Part shown: piece by piece, positions 13,100 to 25,743 of the stretch
How positions within the stretch are numbered: position 1 is the first letter of the stretch
Layout of the letters: each line of letters begins with the position of its first letter
The notes under the pieces: generated by a model
Seen by the model: only the letters and a program-made list of their open reading frames with translations
What the model was told of the DNA's origin: nothing
Database searches by the model: none
From: Gekko japonicus
Lineage: Eukaryota
Reading direction: 5' to 3'
NCBI RefSeq assembly: GCF_001447785.1
Contig: NW_015176015.1
Span: forward strand, 364,609-428,608
DNA: 64,000 bases
Made by a program: the position numbers and the translations under genes

Positions 13100-13520
13100 T
13101 TCAAAATAACGAAAAGTCTTTGAAGAGTAACACATTTATAGAGGCATAAGCTTTCACGGTCCTGAGTCTACTTAATCAGATGCAAAAAAAATGTTTCTTT
13201 CAGCAGGCAGAAGGGCCAAACATTAACAATTTTATGTGTACTAGAGGTTCATCAGCAGTTAGCAGTGGTCCACATTCACTCTAATAGGACTGTTTACTCT
13301 TTTGACTGGATCTTCATCTGTGCTCTGAAATGTTTTGTAAAATGCCTATTTCTTGGAATACTGGACAGCCTGGCCTTGGTTTGTAACGACTCCATACACA
13401 CATCTTTCTTCAGCTTGTAGCCTTGTACACTACTACCCATTTCAGGTATCTTATGAAACAGTCTTTGGCTGACAAAGGCTTATGCCACAGCCAGTGTATT
13501 AGTATTTAAATCTACCTTTT
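13100..13520. mobile_element. Penelope-like relic with inverted termini, each carrying a degenerate hammerhead motif
   Basis: 13144-13183 minus: GCAT CTGATTA ... GAAA GCTT ATGC. 13446-13485 plus: GTAT CTTATGA ... CAAAG GCTTATGC. Both are followed outward by a related TTAG...TTTAA tail. Confidence 0.5.
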
Positions 13521-13583
13521 AAGGGGGACCATTAGAGCTGCTTTATAAATGAAGAAATTAAAAAAATAATAAAGCAGCTGTCA

Positions 13584-13782
13584 GTCAGTCTAATCTACGT
13601 CACAGGGTTATTATGAGAATAGAATGGAGGAGAGGAGAACAATGTAAGCCTCTCCTCTCCTCCATTCTATCCTCATAATAACCCTGTGAGGTAGGTTAGA
13701 CTGACAGTATATGACTGGACCAAGGTAACCCAGCAAGCTTCAATGGCAGAGTGGGGATTTGAACCTGCATTTCCCAGATCCT
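13584..13782 (-). mobile_element. Squam3/MIR-like SINE with a fold-back (inverted) duplication of its core
   Basis: 13651-13782 is a minus-strand SINE; 13584-13638 is the reverse complement of 13651-13705. Confidence 0.8.
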
Positions 13783-13984
13783 GTTGAAGACATCAATGTT
13801 GGTGCTGTTTATACTTAAAATGTTCAATATGACACTAGCAATCCATTCCTAAATGGCAATTAGCAGCAACTGAGGCAAGAAAGTTCAGAAAAGTATTGCC
13901 TTCTTAAATATTCGCACCCAGGACAAGCAGAAGAGGGCTTTTGATGATGGTGGTGGTGGTGGTGGTGGAACAGGTGATGGTGGT

Positions 13985-14720
<736 letters not shown>

Positions 14721-15398
14721 TCAGGGGCATGCTGGGAAGTCAAAACATCCCAGGACAATATAGCTCTTAAACAGCCCATGTTTGTCTTAGCTTTGTAAAC
14801 CTGACAGGCTGAACACGAAGGCTGAATGAGGTGAGGAGGCAGCAGTAGCAGCTGTCCCACACCCTTCACATAACTACCACTTTCTCATCATGAAGAGGAC
14901 AGTCCAAGAAATACAGTTTACTCACCACTGTTTTCTCTTCACAAAGAAGGCAAGGAGGCAAAGGCACATGTGTTTAGACCTCATGAGAAAGTGGCTGCTG
15001 CCTCGGCCTTGCAAACATGGAAGTTCAGGCATGAGCTTACCTTCTGCCTGCAGCTTTCTCCTCCCCCTTGCAAAGCAGTGCCCTTTGTATCCATCCATGG
15101 GCTGCCCTTATCATAGCCACGGCCTCCTCTGCTTCACAAATAGAATGGTCCAGGTATGAGTTTGGCAGCTGCTGATGCCTCCTCATCACTCACCATGTCC
15201 TCCTTGCAAAGGACATAGAGTGACTTGGGTGGCAGCAGTAGTTTTCTAGATCAGCAGTACATAAGGAAATGGCTTGGTAAATTAAAGGGCCAATCCATGC
15301 TTGTCTCATTTGGAAAAGTATATTTGATTATACATTATATCTCAAAATAATTTCCCTAAAATTAGTAACATAATCCCGGCAGCAACTGAAGTAATGCC

Positions 15399-15736
15399 TA
15401 GGGTTGCCAAGTCCCCCCAATGTCCGGGGGATCCCCTGGTTTCCTATGCTCCCCCCCCAAAAAAAAACCCTGGTGCCAGCCAGCTGGCAGGCAGGGGAGA
15501 GTCACCGCATGCCTACGTCACCCGGAAGTGACACTCTGGTTTTGGGGCAAAACTCTATGGTAGAATTAGCTTCAAACCATAGCGTTTTGCCCAAAACCCA
15601 GAGTGTTGCCCCCGACATCACTGATGTGCCTATGTCACTTCTGTGTGACATAGGTACGTCACGCTTCTTCCCTCCCCTCTTCCAGAGCATCCTGGTAAGT
15701 CCCCCAACAGTTTCTTATTTGGATCTGACAACCCTA
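15399..15736. mobile_element. hAT MITE (TAGGGTTGCCA TIR)
   Basis: tagggttgccaa / ctgacaacccta; flanks gtaatgcc / gtaataatgcc. Confidence 0.8.
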
Positions 15737-16192
15737 GTAATAATGCCAGTGGTACAGAAGATCTTGTGATCATTTTAGGCTCAAGGTTACTCATGGAAAT
15801 GTGGAGCATACCTAATAGATTCTGAGTCAGCTGCTGATTTACAGTAAAATCACACATGCATCGTAAAACACAGGAAGACTAAGATGTGATTAAAATCATT
15901 CTTCCTGCATGGCCATCAGTCAATACAGAAACTCACTACAAACACACTAAAACTGCTTTTCCGTCAGTCAGACATCAAAACTCGATATCTATGTATTCAG
16001 AAATACATTTCTGTTCTTCACTCATGCACACCAGCAATGGGAGAAGGTCACGTTTGAATTTACACTTAGAACTGCCAACTTTTAATGTCCTTGTGCAATC
16101 CAATCTCCCAGGGCTCCCTTTCTGGCTTTTCTACCACGTGCAATCCAACCAGGGCTCCCTTTCTGGCTTTTCTACCACAAGGCTCCTGTGAC

Positions 16193-16455
16193 TAGGGTTG
16201 CCAGGTGCCCCCTGGCCACTGGTGGGGGATGGGGGGGTAGGGTTGTCAGATCCAGGTTGGGAAACTCCTGGAGATTAGGGAATGGAGCCTGGGGAGGACA
16301 GAAACCTCGGTGGGGTACAAATGCCATAGAGTCTGCCCTCCAAAGTATCAATTTTTTCCAAAGAAACTGATCTCTGGAGTCTGGAGAAGAGCTGTAATTC
16401 CAGGGGGTCCCCAGGTCTCACCTTGAGGCCAACCACCTTGAGGCCAGCATCCCTA
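16193..16455. mobile_element. hAT MITE (TAGGGTTGCCA TIR)
   Basis: TIRs plus 8-bp TSD CCTGTGAC/CCTGTGGC. Confidence 0.85.
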
Positions 16456-16695
16456 CCTGTGGCTGATTTAGTACCTATTGTTGTTTGTAAAATCAGAATA
16501 GCCTCAAATGTAGAAAGAGCCAGTACAGTATGGATCACTTCTTCATGTTATTCAGTGGGGTAGCAATATCACAGCAAAACCAAAAAGGGCCTTGTGGTGC
16601 CAATACATTCCTTTTTATGTTTCTTTACATAATCCATTGGTAATATGCAAGCAGGCTAACAATGACAAAACTCTGCACTATACTCAATATGTTGA

Positions 16696-17030
16696 CAAGT
16701 GGTTAAGACACTGAATTGCAGGCTGTGGAAGGTCAGTAGTTCAGCAGTTCAAGACCCGAGTGTGCCGCATGACGGAGTGAGCTCCCGTCTCTAGTTCCAG
16801 CTCCTGCCAACCTAACAGTTCGAAAGCAAGAAATTGCAAGTAGATAAATAGGTACCACTTCGGTGGGAAGGTAACAGCGTTCTGTGCGCCTTGGTGTTTA
16901 GTCATGCTGGCCACATGACCACGGAAACGTCTTTGGACAGCGCTGGCTCTTTGGCTTTGAAACGGAGATGAGCACCGCAACCCTAGAGTCGGATTCGACT
17001 GGCTTTCGAGCAAGGGAACCTTTACCTTTA
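16696..17030 (+). mobile_element. Sauria SINE (Squam1)
   Basis: caagtggttaagac...gggaacctttaccttta; reverse complement of the 8599 copy. Confidence 0.93.
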
Positions 17031-17949
17031 TGACTCTTTACTACCATTTTTAAGTGACCCTCCTGCATCCTCTCCCTTGTAATGGTGTTATGTGCACCCT
17101 AGTTCATGTTGTTTCTACAATTAGCTGAGCGTCAGGCAAGAGTAATATGGAAGGTTTTTTTTAAACTAAATAAATCTAGTAACTCCTCAGCTCTGTCTGT
17201 CTCTGTGCCTCTCCAATGAATGACTTCCTGTAGCTGTTCTTTTACACTTATCTTTCCCCTGTGTCCCTGAGTAATTTCCCCTGACTATTTTTCTAGCTCA
17301 CTTACTCAGTTCCACATACACTGATATACATCCTCCTTCCCCAAGCAGTGAGACATTTCCAGGGCAATTCAACAGGATTTTGTTGCTTGGCAATGAGATA
17401 TGATCTTTTGTAATATTCCTTTATTTCCAAAAGTGCAAATAAGCAGACAGCCAGCATAGGGAGAATTAATAGTTCTCAGATATCATGAAAACTGCACCCA
17501 CAGATTTTTCAGGTACTTTCCTCTTTTAGCACCTTAGAGAGACTGTTCTACCACCACCCACCCTGACCCTCGCAGTTTCTCCTGTTCAAGACTCAAAGTC
17601 AACAAACCACTTCTGATTGTTTTCAGCTCTCCCAGGACCAGGTCTTTTGTCAAACTAATGGCCCTTGATTGCCCATCCAGTGCCATTACATAACAGCAGG
17701 TATAGCATACAACAACAGCAACAGCAGCATGTAGCTGAGTGAAAATCTTTGGTTTTGAACAGCTAGTGGAAGCTGACAAACTTGTTCTCTAGATATTGAA
17801 GCTTCAAATCAAGGATGCCTCTTGGTCTAGTTAGCTGAACAAGCATGATTTTTCCCCAGAACTTTACTAGCAAGATGGTTGTGGAAGACAGTAGACTCCT
17901 ATAATACAACAATACAAAGGGGAATAGATGGTCAAAATTTACCAACTAG

Positions 17950-18345
17950 CAGGGCTATTTTTGGGCAGGAACACACAAGAATGGAGTTCCAGCTGGCTCC
18001 TAAGTTGGCCACACCCAGCAGGAACTCATTAGCATAATAGGCCACACCCAACAGCAGAAACTCATTAGGATTGGCTACATTAGGGGTGTGTGGCCTAACA
18101 TGCAAAGGAGTTCCTGCTACAAAAAAAGCCCTGGGTTTTGACAACAAACAAGGTAAACAGAATAACAAGCAAAAGGTGGGTGTGGCTGGATAACCACACT
18201 TCTGGTAACATGGGGGTGTGGCCTAATATGCTAATGAGCCGTGCTGTCAGGGGTGTGGCCTAATATGCTAATGAGGTTCTGCTGTTGGGTGTGGCCTATT
18301 ATGCTAATGAGTTCCTGCTGGGCTTTTTCTACAAATAGAGCCCTG
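17950..18345 (-). mobile_element. hAT MITE with CAGGGCT TIR (octamer/CACCC-rich family)
   Basis: TIRs and 8-bp TSD CCAACTAG/CCAACTGG. Confidence 0.88.
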
Positions 18346-18429
18346 CCAACTGGCAACTTTCCCGCTGGAAGATGTGAGGTCTGTGATTTGATGTTATGTA
18401 CAAACCTTTGCTAAGCTAAGCAGAAAAAG

Positions 18430-19530
18430 TATTGTATTAGATCATTTTTCAACTGTAACTCAAAGGGTCTTATCTATGGCATCTGTAAATGTGAAAAAAT
18501 ATACATAGAGTACTTTAAGGCCGATAAAGATCAGAATCACAGAACACAGAAGTTGCATCAGACGAAGAAGAAAAAATGCTCCCCTCACCAAACACTTTGC
18601 TGCAGCTGGACACAGTGATAGAGACTTCTCTTTCTTTGCTCTGGAATATGTTCAACCTTGTAACCACCTGCAGATGACTCAGCACTTGAAAACCAGAGAA
18701 TTGTTTTGGATTCATACCCTCAAAACTTTAACCCCATATCGTCTAAATGAACAGGTGGACTGGTGTGTGGTATGATTTTTTTTGACAGTTTAACATCTAG
18801 TTTGCAATTTATATTGTTTTGTAGTTTTAAATGTTATGCTGTATGTGGGATGTGCAATCACATGACTATTTCAAGGCACTCCACAAGGACTGCATCATCC
18901 TTCACCTGGTATAAAGCTCCAGCACTTTACTTGTTCAGCACTGCTCTTTGCTTAAGGGCAATTTTACTGAGGACGCCTTGGCTATACAATCTTTGGAAGG
19001 CACTTTCTGGAACAGAAGTAACAAAGTAATTTTACTTATTAGTTACTTTTTGAATTAAGTTTCAATATTGTAGAATGTATTGGTTTATACATTTTTTTGT
19101 TTTTAGATTATTATCAGTGAAACAACATTTGGCATGTTATTGCACCTTTGGAGGCCTCGTTTATACTTTTATTCTGTGCTTAGTGGTTTAACTTTGGAAG
19201 TAAGTCCATATGTTTTTTAGTAGTATATAGGTATCATTTATTTATTCGTTTTATTATATGTATTTCATTTCACATTTTTCTATTTTTTACAGCAATTCTT
19301 TTCTGGTCCATCTTGTATCTATGTTACATAATTATATGATTGTATTGTACTATGATATAAGCCAATATGCTCCTCATTATGTTTGACCTCTAAAGAAGGC
19401 CTATACTGGCCAAAACACGTCAGGTCAAGTCCATTGGCCCTTGTGTGCTAAATTTCGGCATTTTTACATGAGGTGTGAGTGGGCCCTTATATGCTTTTTA
19501 ATTCTTTGTTAATAAATACATGTATCTTTT
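18430..19530 (+). mobile_element. Penelope-like retroelement 3' fragment: GIY-YIG endonuclease, 3' UTR/pLTR with hammerhead relic and polyA signal
   Basis: Plus strand (one frameshift) reads FFNCNSKGLIYGICKCEKIYI/STLRPIKIRITEHRSCIRRRRKNAPLTKHFAAAGH...LKTRELFWIHTLKTLTPYRLNE...* (stop 18773-18775). Hammerhead-like fold at 19383-19428; AATAAA at 19511. Confidence 0.88.
19383..19428 (+). ncRNA. Degenerate minimal type-I hammerhead ribozyme
   Basis: Stem I TTGACCT/AGGTCAA, core CTAAAGA (CUGAnGA with G5>A), stem II GGCC-tatact-GGCC, AAAA (GAAA with G12>A), short palindromic ACGT stem III, GTC cleavage triplet. Confidence 0.7.
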
Positions 19531-20037
19531 CATACTATATAGTTAAGTTTTTATTGTTGGCCCTCTGTTCTGTTAGACTTTATATTAGTTACAACCATGT
19601 AGACAAGTCCTTCAGACAAGTGCCATTTTCACTAGACATGCCCTTTTTCTTTTCACTTCCTATCTCTTTGGTTTTGCCAGCCTATGTACAATTGCTCCTT
19701 CTCATGTCTTTCAGCATATTTCTTGTGGTTTGTGTGGAAGTTAGATATTTAAAATGAGAGGCAGACTTAGCTTTGTTCTGTCTCTTCCTCACTGCACACT
19801 GCAAATGTGTCCTGAAGCTCAGGAACAAAAGTCTCACACTATATAGAAGTGCCAAAACATCAAAAGCTTAACAAGCTCCAGCAAACCATTAATGGCTATA
19901 GATGTGTGAACACACTACTGATAGTTCCTTGTTGCTGTCATCTTTTAGTTTGTCTACCCCAATGGGAATATGGTGATAAAAAATTCAAGTTTAATTTCTC
20001 TCTGTGTTCTTGTGTCCTTAAAAACAATTACACTCTT

Positions 20038-20727
20038 TTATATTTTAAAAAATAATAGGGGTACAGAAAAAAGGGATATATAGGGAATAGAAACAAAAGT
20101 AATTATATAGGAATATTTATATTAATCAAGGACATTCATATTATATGTAGTACATTACACAGAAATAAAATATGTTCCATGATATTTCATTTCTAAACTC
20201 CCCTTTTACTGTTTTAGCATAGCAATTAAGATTCAGCACTGCTCTTTGCTTAAGGGGCAGACTTAGCTTAAGGGGCATTGCTCTTTGCTTAAGGGGCATC
20301 ATCAACAAGGAAATATGAGGAACAGTTAAATAGAAATAAAAATTTTAGTCTATTCCAACTATACACCATATATGTAAAAAGTTATCATTGATTAAAACTA
20401 ATTATATAACAATATTACTAATATTAATATTCGTAAAAATTAAAAATAATTTCTGAGCATTAAATTTGATTTTAACATAATACTGATCATAATTTGCTTT
20501 GTATATCTGGATCATATAAACTATAGTAAGAAGATAACAAACCTGTTAGACAAGAAATGTTGGATATATACTAGAAATGAGTATTTTCTTCTGCCTTTCC
20601 CCAGTTATTTAACTGCATCAAATAGTTCAGGCCTTATATAAACACTTATGCATAGATCTTTATGATCTATATCTCCCTCCTCAATTATGCCCATAATATG
20701 ATTAATAAGCTTTCTATTTCTCCTGGG
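20038..20727. mobile_element. AT-rich retroposed insertion of unknown family
   Basis: Flanked by a perfect 17-bp direct repeat AAAACAATTACACTCTT (20021-20037 and 20728-20744), consistent with a LINE-type TSD. Confidence 0.55.
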
Positions 20728-21931
20728 AAAACAATTACACTCTTGAGGAGCAGACTTCACAGCCTTGGCTCAGACGCACGTAAACTATCAGCAGATCAAT
20801 CCATTCTTCGTTATTAGACATGCTCACTATCACATTATATCAGAAGTAATATGGTTGTTTATATAAAGCATTTATGTAACAACTTTCGATTTTAAAACCT
20901 TCATGGCAAGTTACAGTTATTAATGAAATCACAAAACCAAAGCAATCGTAGATTAAAATAATACTAAAACAATCAACTATTAAATACAGTGACAATAAAA
21001 TGCTGTGACAACAGTAATAAACAGTGAATGGTAATTCATCCACCAAAGGCACAAGAGAATAAAACCTTTATCTGACACCCAAAGGCTAGCAAGGATGGGT
21101 ACCATATGAGTGTCTGTAAGGAGACCACTCCATGAACAGAATGCCATTGCAGAAAAGTCATTGGGCTTTTCCGCATTCTCATTTTCCTCACTTGTGCATT
21201 CCTGTTGCTTGGAGGGGGTCATGTTTGGCATGCGTTTTGCTCCCGCTGGTAGTCGATTCAACAGTATATCGCTTTATGTCTGGTATATCTCCCTGCAGAT
21301 TTAAACTGCAGGTTTTTATGCTAGACATAAAGCAATGTAATATTAAATAGACCACTAGAGGGAGCAAAATCCCAATGCAACAGGAACACACAAGAGAGAA
21401 AAAAGAGAATGAGGAAAAGCCCTATCCCCGTTGCCAGGCCAGCTAAATGCTGTATGAAGGTGAATGCACTCAGAGCGGGCCTCATTAAAAAAAAATAGGT
21501 AGGTTAGTATTCCTCACAAGACTAATGAAAGAGATATTGGCAACTGCTTTTTCCAATGTAGGCATTTTCTCCAGGGGAGCCAGTCTCCGAATCCTGGATA
21601 TCAGTTGTAATTCCAGGAGGTCTTCAGGACTCACCTGGAGGTTGGCAACCATACTGATGAGCTGCTTACCACCCATCCCAAATGCCACCCTTCCTAAGCA
21701 GCACCCCCACACCTCTAGGAATTTCCTAATGGACCAAATCATCCAAAGCCCTTGCTGTGCCTAATATGCCCCCAAAGATTCCTCATCCCCCTTGGCCTAA
21801 TGTGAAAAGATTTTTTTATTTTATGAGTGTATGCCAAGTAGCTCAAAATTGTCTAATATGGCTAGCAACAGCTCTCCAGGGCATACGTTTGTCTCAGCCT
21901 TTATGTATATATACATTTATGTGTACAGTAT

Positions 21932-22574
21932 TAGGGATAGGCATGAACTGGAAAAATGCAGTTCAGTTCAGTTCATGGTTCGTGGTGTGCCCGGTTCACA
22001 AACCACAACCTTCATGAACTTTTAGGGGTCAAACCAAGCTGGTTTGGTTCATGAGGTTCGTGACCTGATAGAATAATAGAGACACCAAACTCACTGGAGA
22101 TCTCGGGCTGACTTGGAGGGCAGACAGAGGAGAGTCAGCCCAAGATCCCCAGCAAGTTTGGTCTCTCTAGCTTGCACAGGATCCATTCTATACACTCCTG
22201 AACCTGCAGCTGTCAAAATGACCAGTAGTTTTGACAGGTACAGGTTCAGGAGCCTTAGGAATGTATAGAACAGATCCTTTACAAGCTGGAGACATCAAAG
22301 TTGCAGGGGACCTTGCCCGGATGCTCTTCTACATGCTCTCCAAGTTCCACACACACACACGTTGCTTTGAAGTTTGGTAAACATTTCAAATGAGTGGAGA
22401 CAGTCTCTCTGGAAATGTAGCCATTCATGAACCACCACGAACCACCACATACAGCTGGGAAGTTCGAGGAAAGTTCATTCTAGTTGACCTGCCACAAACT
22501 TCACTTTGCGAGCCACAAATCGGCCAAAATTCATCACGAACTTTAGTTTGTGAGCCAGTTCATGCCCATCCCTA
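21932..22574. mobile_element. hAT (Ac-like TAGGGATG TIR) MITE
   Basis: tagggataggcatgaactg / ccagttcatgcccatcccta; TSD TACAGTAT at 21924-21931, recovered at 23076-23083 beyond a second insertion. Confidence 0.85.
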
Positions 22575-22579
22575 TACAG

Positions 22580-23072
22580 CAGGCCCGTGTGCATGGGGAG
22601 GCCCATGAGTGGCCGGAACCCTCCCCAAACAACCAGGCACCCTCCAAAGAAGTCAGCACCTCCCTAAACAGCCATGCCTCCCCCTAGACCCAGTGGCAGT
22701 GGTGAGCAGGGACTGTGTGAGAGAGAGAGTGAGAGAGGGAGCCAGCCAGCCAGAGAGAGAGAGCAAGCAAGAGCCTCCTTCCTTCTCTCTCTCCCTCCCT
22801 TCCTCCCAGCCAACTAGGCAGAAGCTCCCACATCTGGCTGCTTGCTTTCTTGCTTGCTCCCCTCCTGCCTTCTCTCACACCATGATCAGTAAATACAGGC
22901 CGTGACCTGGGGTCCAGCAGCATGGGCAGGTGTATGTTTGCCTGCCTGTGTGGCTTGAGCAGCACTGACTGAAGAATTATATCTGGCTGAGGTCCCTCCC
23001 CTCACCAAACCCCACCCTCCCCAGGGGGCATCTTGGTGCACTCCCATCAAAAATTTTCTCGGTACAGGGCTG
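22580..23072. mobile_element. hAT (Tip100-like) non-autonomous element
   Basis: caggcccgtg / gtacagggctg ends with perfect 8-bp TSD CTATACAG. Confidence 0.85.
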
Positions 23073-23652
23073 CTATACAGTATTGTCAAGAGACAATTTC
23101 TTCCCCCAAGGAGAGAAAGTATTGGAGACAATGGTAACAGGACAAGAATATGCATTCAGTACAGCTACTTTTATTTATGCTTACTTTCAGTGCAACTGAG
23201 TACTGTTAAGCCAAAAGGTTTCACAGAAAAACTGTTTATTAAAAAGGGGATTTAAAGGGAAAAAGAAAGTGGCATCACACAGACATCCTGGGAGGGAGTT
23301 CCAGGCAGAAGAATAGAAAGGCAGAAAGAACAGAATCACTTAAGGGAGCAAAATCCTTTTACTGTAGGTGTCAAGGGTTGGACCCAGGGCTTTATGCATG
23401 CTAAACATGTGCTGTACTATGGAGTTACGGTCCTGACCAGTCTCCCTGTTTTGCAACTAGCTGAGTAGGAAGAAGCAATTAAAATGAAAACCAGTAGGAC
23501 TTTTTTAAAAATGTGAATCTCCACAGCCATTCTCCTGTAACTGAAAATGACTGTCTTAATTTCATTACAGCCTGGATGGCAACCTAGGTATCTCAACATC
23601 ATTGAACCCTGCAGTGTTTGTAACCAGGATATGTCTGTTATAGTCCCTCAGA

Positions 23653-23784
23653 ACTTTCACACATACTAAATAATGCACTTTCAGTCCACTTTACAACTGG
23701 ATTTTACTGTGCAAAATGGCAAAATCCACTTGCAAACAGCCGCTGAAGTGGACTGAAACTGCGTCATTTAGCATGTGTGAAAGT
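23653..23784. mobile_element. Short palindromic MITE
   Basis: actttcacacat..tttcagtccactt / aagtggactgaaa..atgtgtgaaagt arms form one long hairpin. Confidence 0.75.
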
Positions 23785-24345
23785 GCATTCAGTTCTCAAG
23801 GAACATGTCCTTTTTTGATATGAGAAAAAATACGCTGAAGTCTGCTTCTTGGAATCAGACTTGCAAACTGGGTCACAAGTGTTGTTTAAATCTGGAATCT
23901 TGTATTAGTTTCTCCACATTTTACAGTATAGCACTGTGTGCTTGTTTCTCTACATTTTATTGGCTTGTTAGTCCATGAAATGAATTTCCTGGGAGCACAA
24001 TGCCTTCCCTTGCAAACGTTTATTAAAGTGCTTTATTACACCAGGCAGTTCAAGTGAAACCGGTGTTCTATCATCATTATCACAACTGGGAGAGACCCAA
24101 CTGCTGCATTTAGAGGTCTTAAGAGTGAAACAGAATTTTTACACACATACACACTATTGGACAACATAGCTTTTAGCACTCTATACCACAGTCTAATGTC
24201 GCTATATGAAAGACAGCTCTTCCTAATATAAAACTTCTACTTTATTTCAGTTCTGTTACATTTCAGCTCATGCACTTTTTATGTAACACCCTAAATTATT
24301 CTCCTCAGTCCTTGGTGATTACATGACTTGTAGGATACTCATGAC

Positions 24346-24544
24346 CAATGCTCCCTCTAAGTTGTGGAGTCTTGTGAGCAAAAGTTCTACTTTGTGAGCT
24401 ACTAGCATTAAAGTTGTGAGTGAGCGATGTGGCTACTGCATAAATTAGTTTGCTCTGGAGCCATCCTTCCTGAGCTAAGACAAAAATATGTGAGCTGGAG
24501 GCTAAAAAACTTGCTCACACTAACTCAATTTAGAAGGAACACTG
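24346..24544. mobile_element. hAT MITE (CAGTGTTCCCTCTAA-type TIR)
   Basis: caatgctccctctaa / ttagaaggaacactg, 8-bp TSD CTCATGAC/CTCATTAC. Confidence 0.85.
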
Positions 24545-24720
24545 CTCATTACTGCAGCACACTCTTGCTAAACTAGACATGCCACCAAACTCATCTTGTA
24601 TTTTGTCACAATTCACCTCCAATTGGTTAGTGACTTTTCCCCCTTGCAGTTCTGAGGTAGTAGGCATTTTCAAGCACCATTGACCCATGACACTGTACAA
24701 TAGTCACAGCAGGAGAACAA

Positions 24721-25390
24721 GGGTGTGGTCACACGGCAAGCTTACTGCAATTTATTCCCCCTGTAGATTTGATCGGGAATATTTTTTTCGGGTTGGGATG
24801 ACCACATATCCCTCCCTGAACCGCATGCATTGCGCAACGCGGCTCCAGGAACCGTTCAGAGAGTTGCACCACCGCTTGGGTGGCATGGCTTGTGTTTTTT
24901 TTTTAATTGGCTTTGCACATGCGCATACACACATGGCCGAATCACCGCTCCCACTGGGACTCGCCGTACTCCCTTGTTCTTGCAGGTTCCCCCCCCCCAG
25001 CAAACAAAATTAACTGCCGATGTACAACTGAGCACTGGAGTCTATATGTGCACCTGAACGTTTATACATTGAATTTATTCAGCACAGGATTGCTCATGTG
25101 CACAACGATGGAAGCTTGTAAAAAAAAATCATGAGAAGGACGTTCAGATGAACTAATCGTGATCATTGTGAGAAATGGCTGTCCAGATCGGTGAAATCGT
25201 GGATTCAAAGCACAAACATCCGGAAAGTACTTGATTTCCCAGGTGTAGGAAAACTCATTAGGGAACCGAGAGGATTGCGCAAGTAAGCCCACTTTGGTGT
25301 GGGAGATGGATGCGGCCGTCTGATCAGCAATTTTAAATGCAAGAGGGAACAGCAGTGAACCCCAATAAAAATGACTGTGTGACCACAACC
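24721..25390. mobile_element. PIF/Harbinger-like MITE
   Basis: gggtgtggtcacac / gtgtgaccacaacc with 3-bp TSD CAA/CAA. Confidence 0.8.
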
Positions 25391-25743
25391 CAAAACTCAG
25401 TAACACTGTTGCCTAAGAAGTGCGGCCTGGTATGTGACCCACAGGTTGCTGAAGAGGGCAGGAAGTCCTCTTGTCAACAGTGCTACTGTTTTTGGACCTA
25501 CCTGCTGCATCCTATTTTGTTCCTTTCCCAGCTCCCTTTAGTGCCCCCATCCCATTTTAAAACCAGTGTTGTTATAATGTTTTCTTCCCTCTCAAGCAGA
25601 GATGTGAGACAGAACCCTGCTGTAGTGGGCGTAGGGGACAACTAACTAGAAACAACTAATGAAAATAGGTTCCCTTCTCTCACCAGCACACTCAGATCAT
25701 ATCCCTTCTCTCCCTCAGATCTGGCTTCTGGAAAACCTCATTG

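Noticed and set aside
17932-18168. Recurrent ORF 'NEFLLLGVAYYANEFLLGVA'
   Set aside because: Translation of the repeated modules of the CAGGGCT hAT MITE.
21188-21292. Possible minus-strand terminal exon GDIPDIKRYTVESTTSGSKTHAKHDPLQATGMHK*
   Set aside because: Weak polypyrimidine tract and no recognisable homology; in the CAMK2 phase-1 frame it stops after 11 codons; no canonical AATAAA seen nearby.
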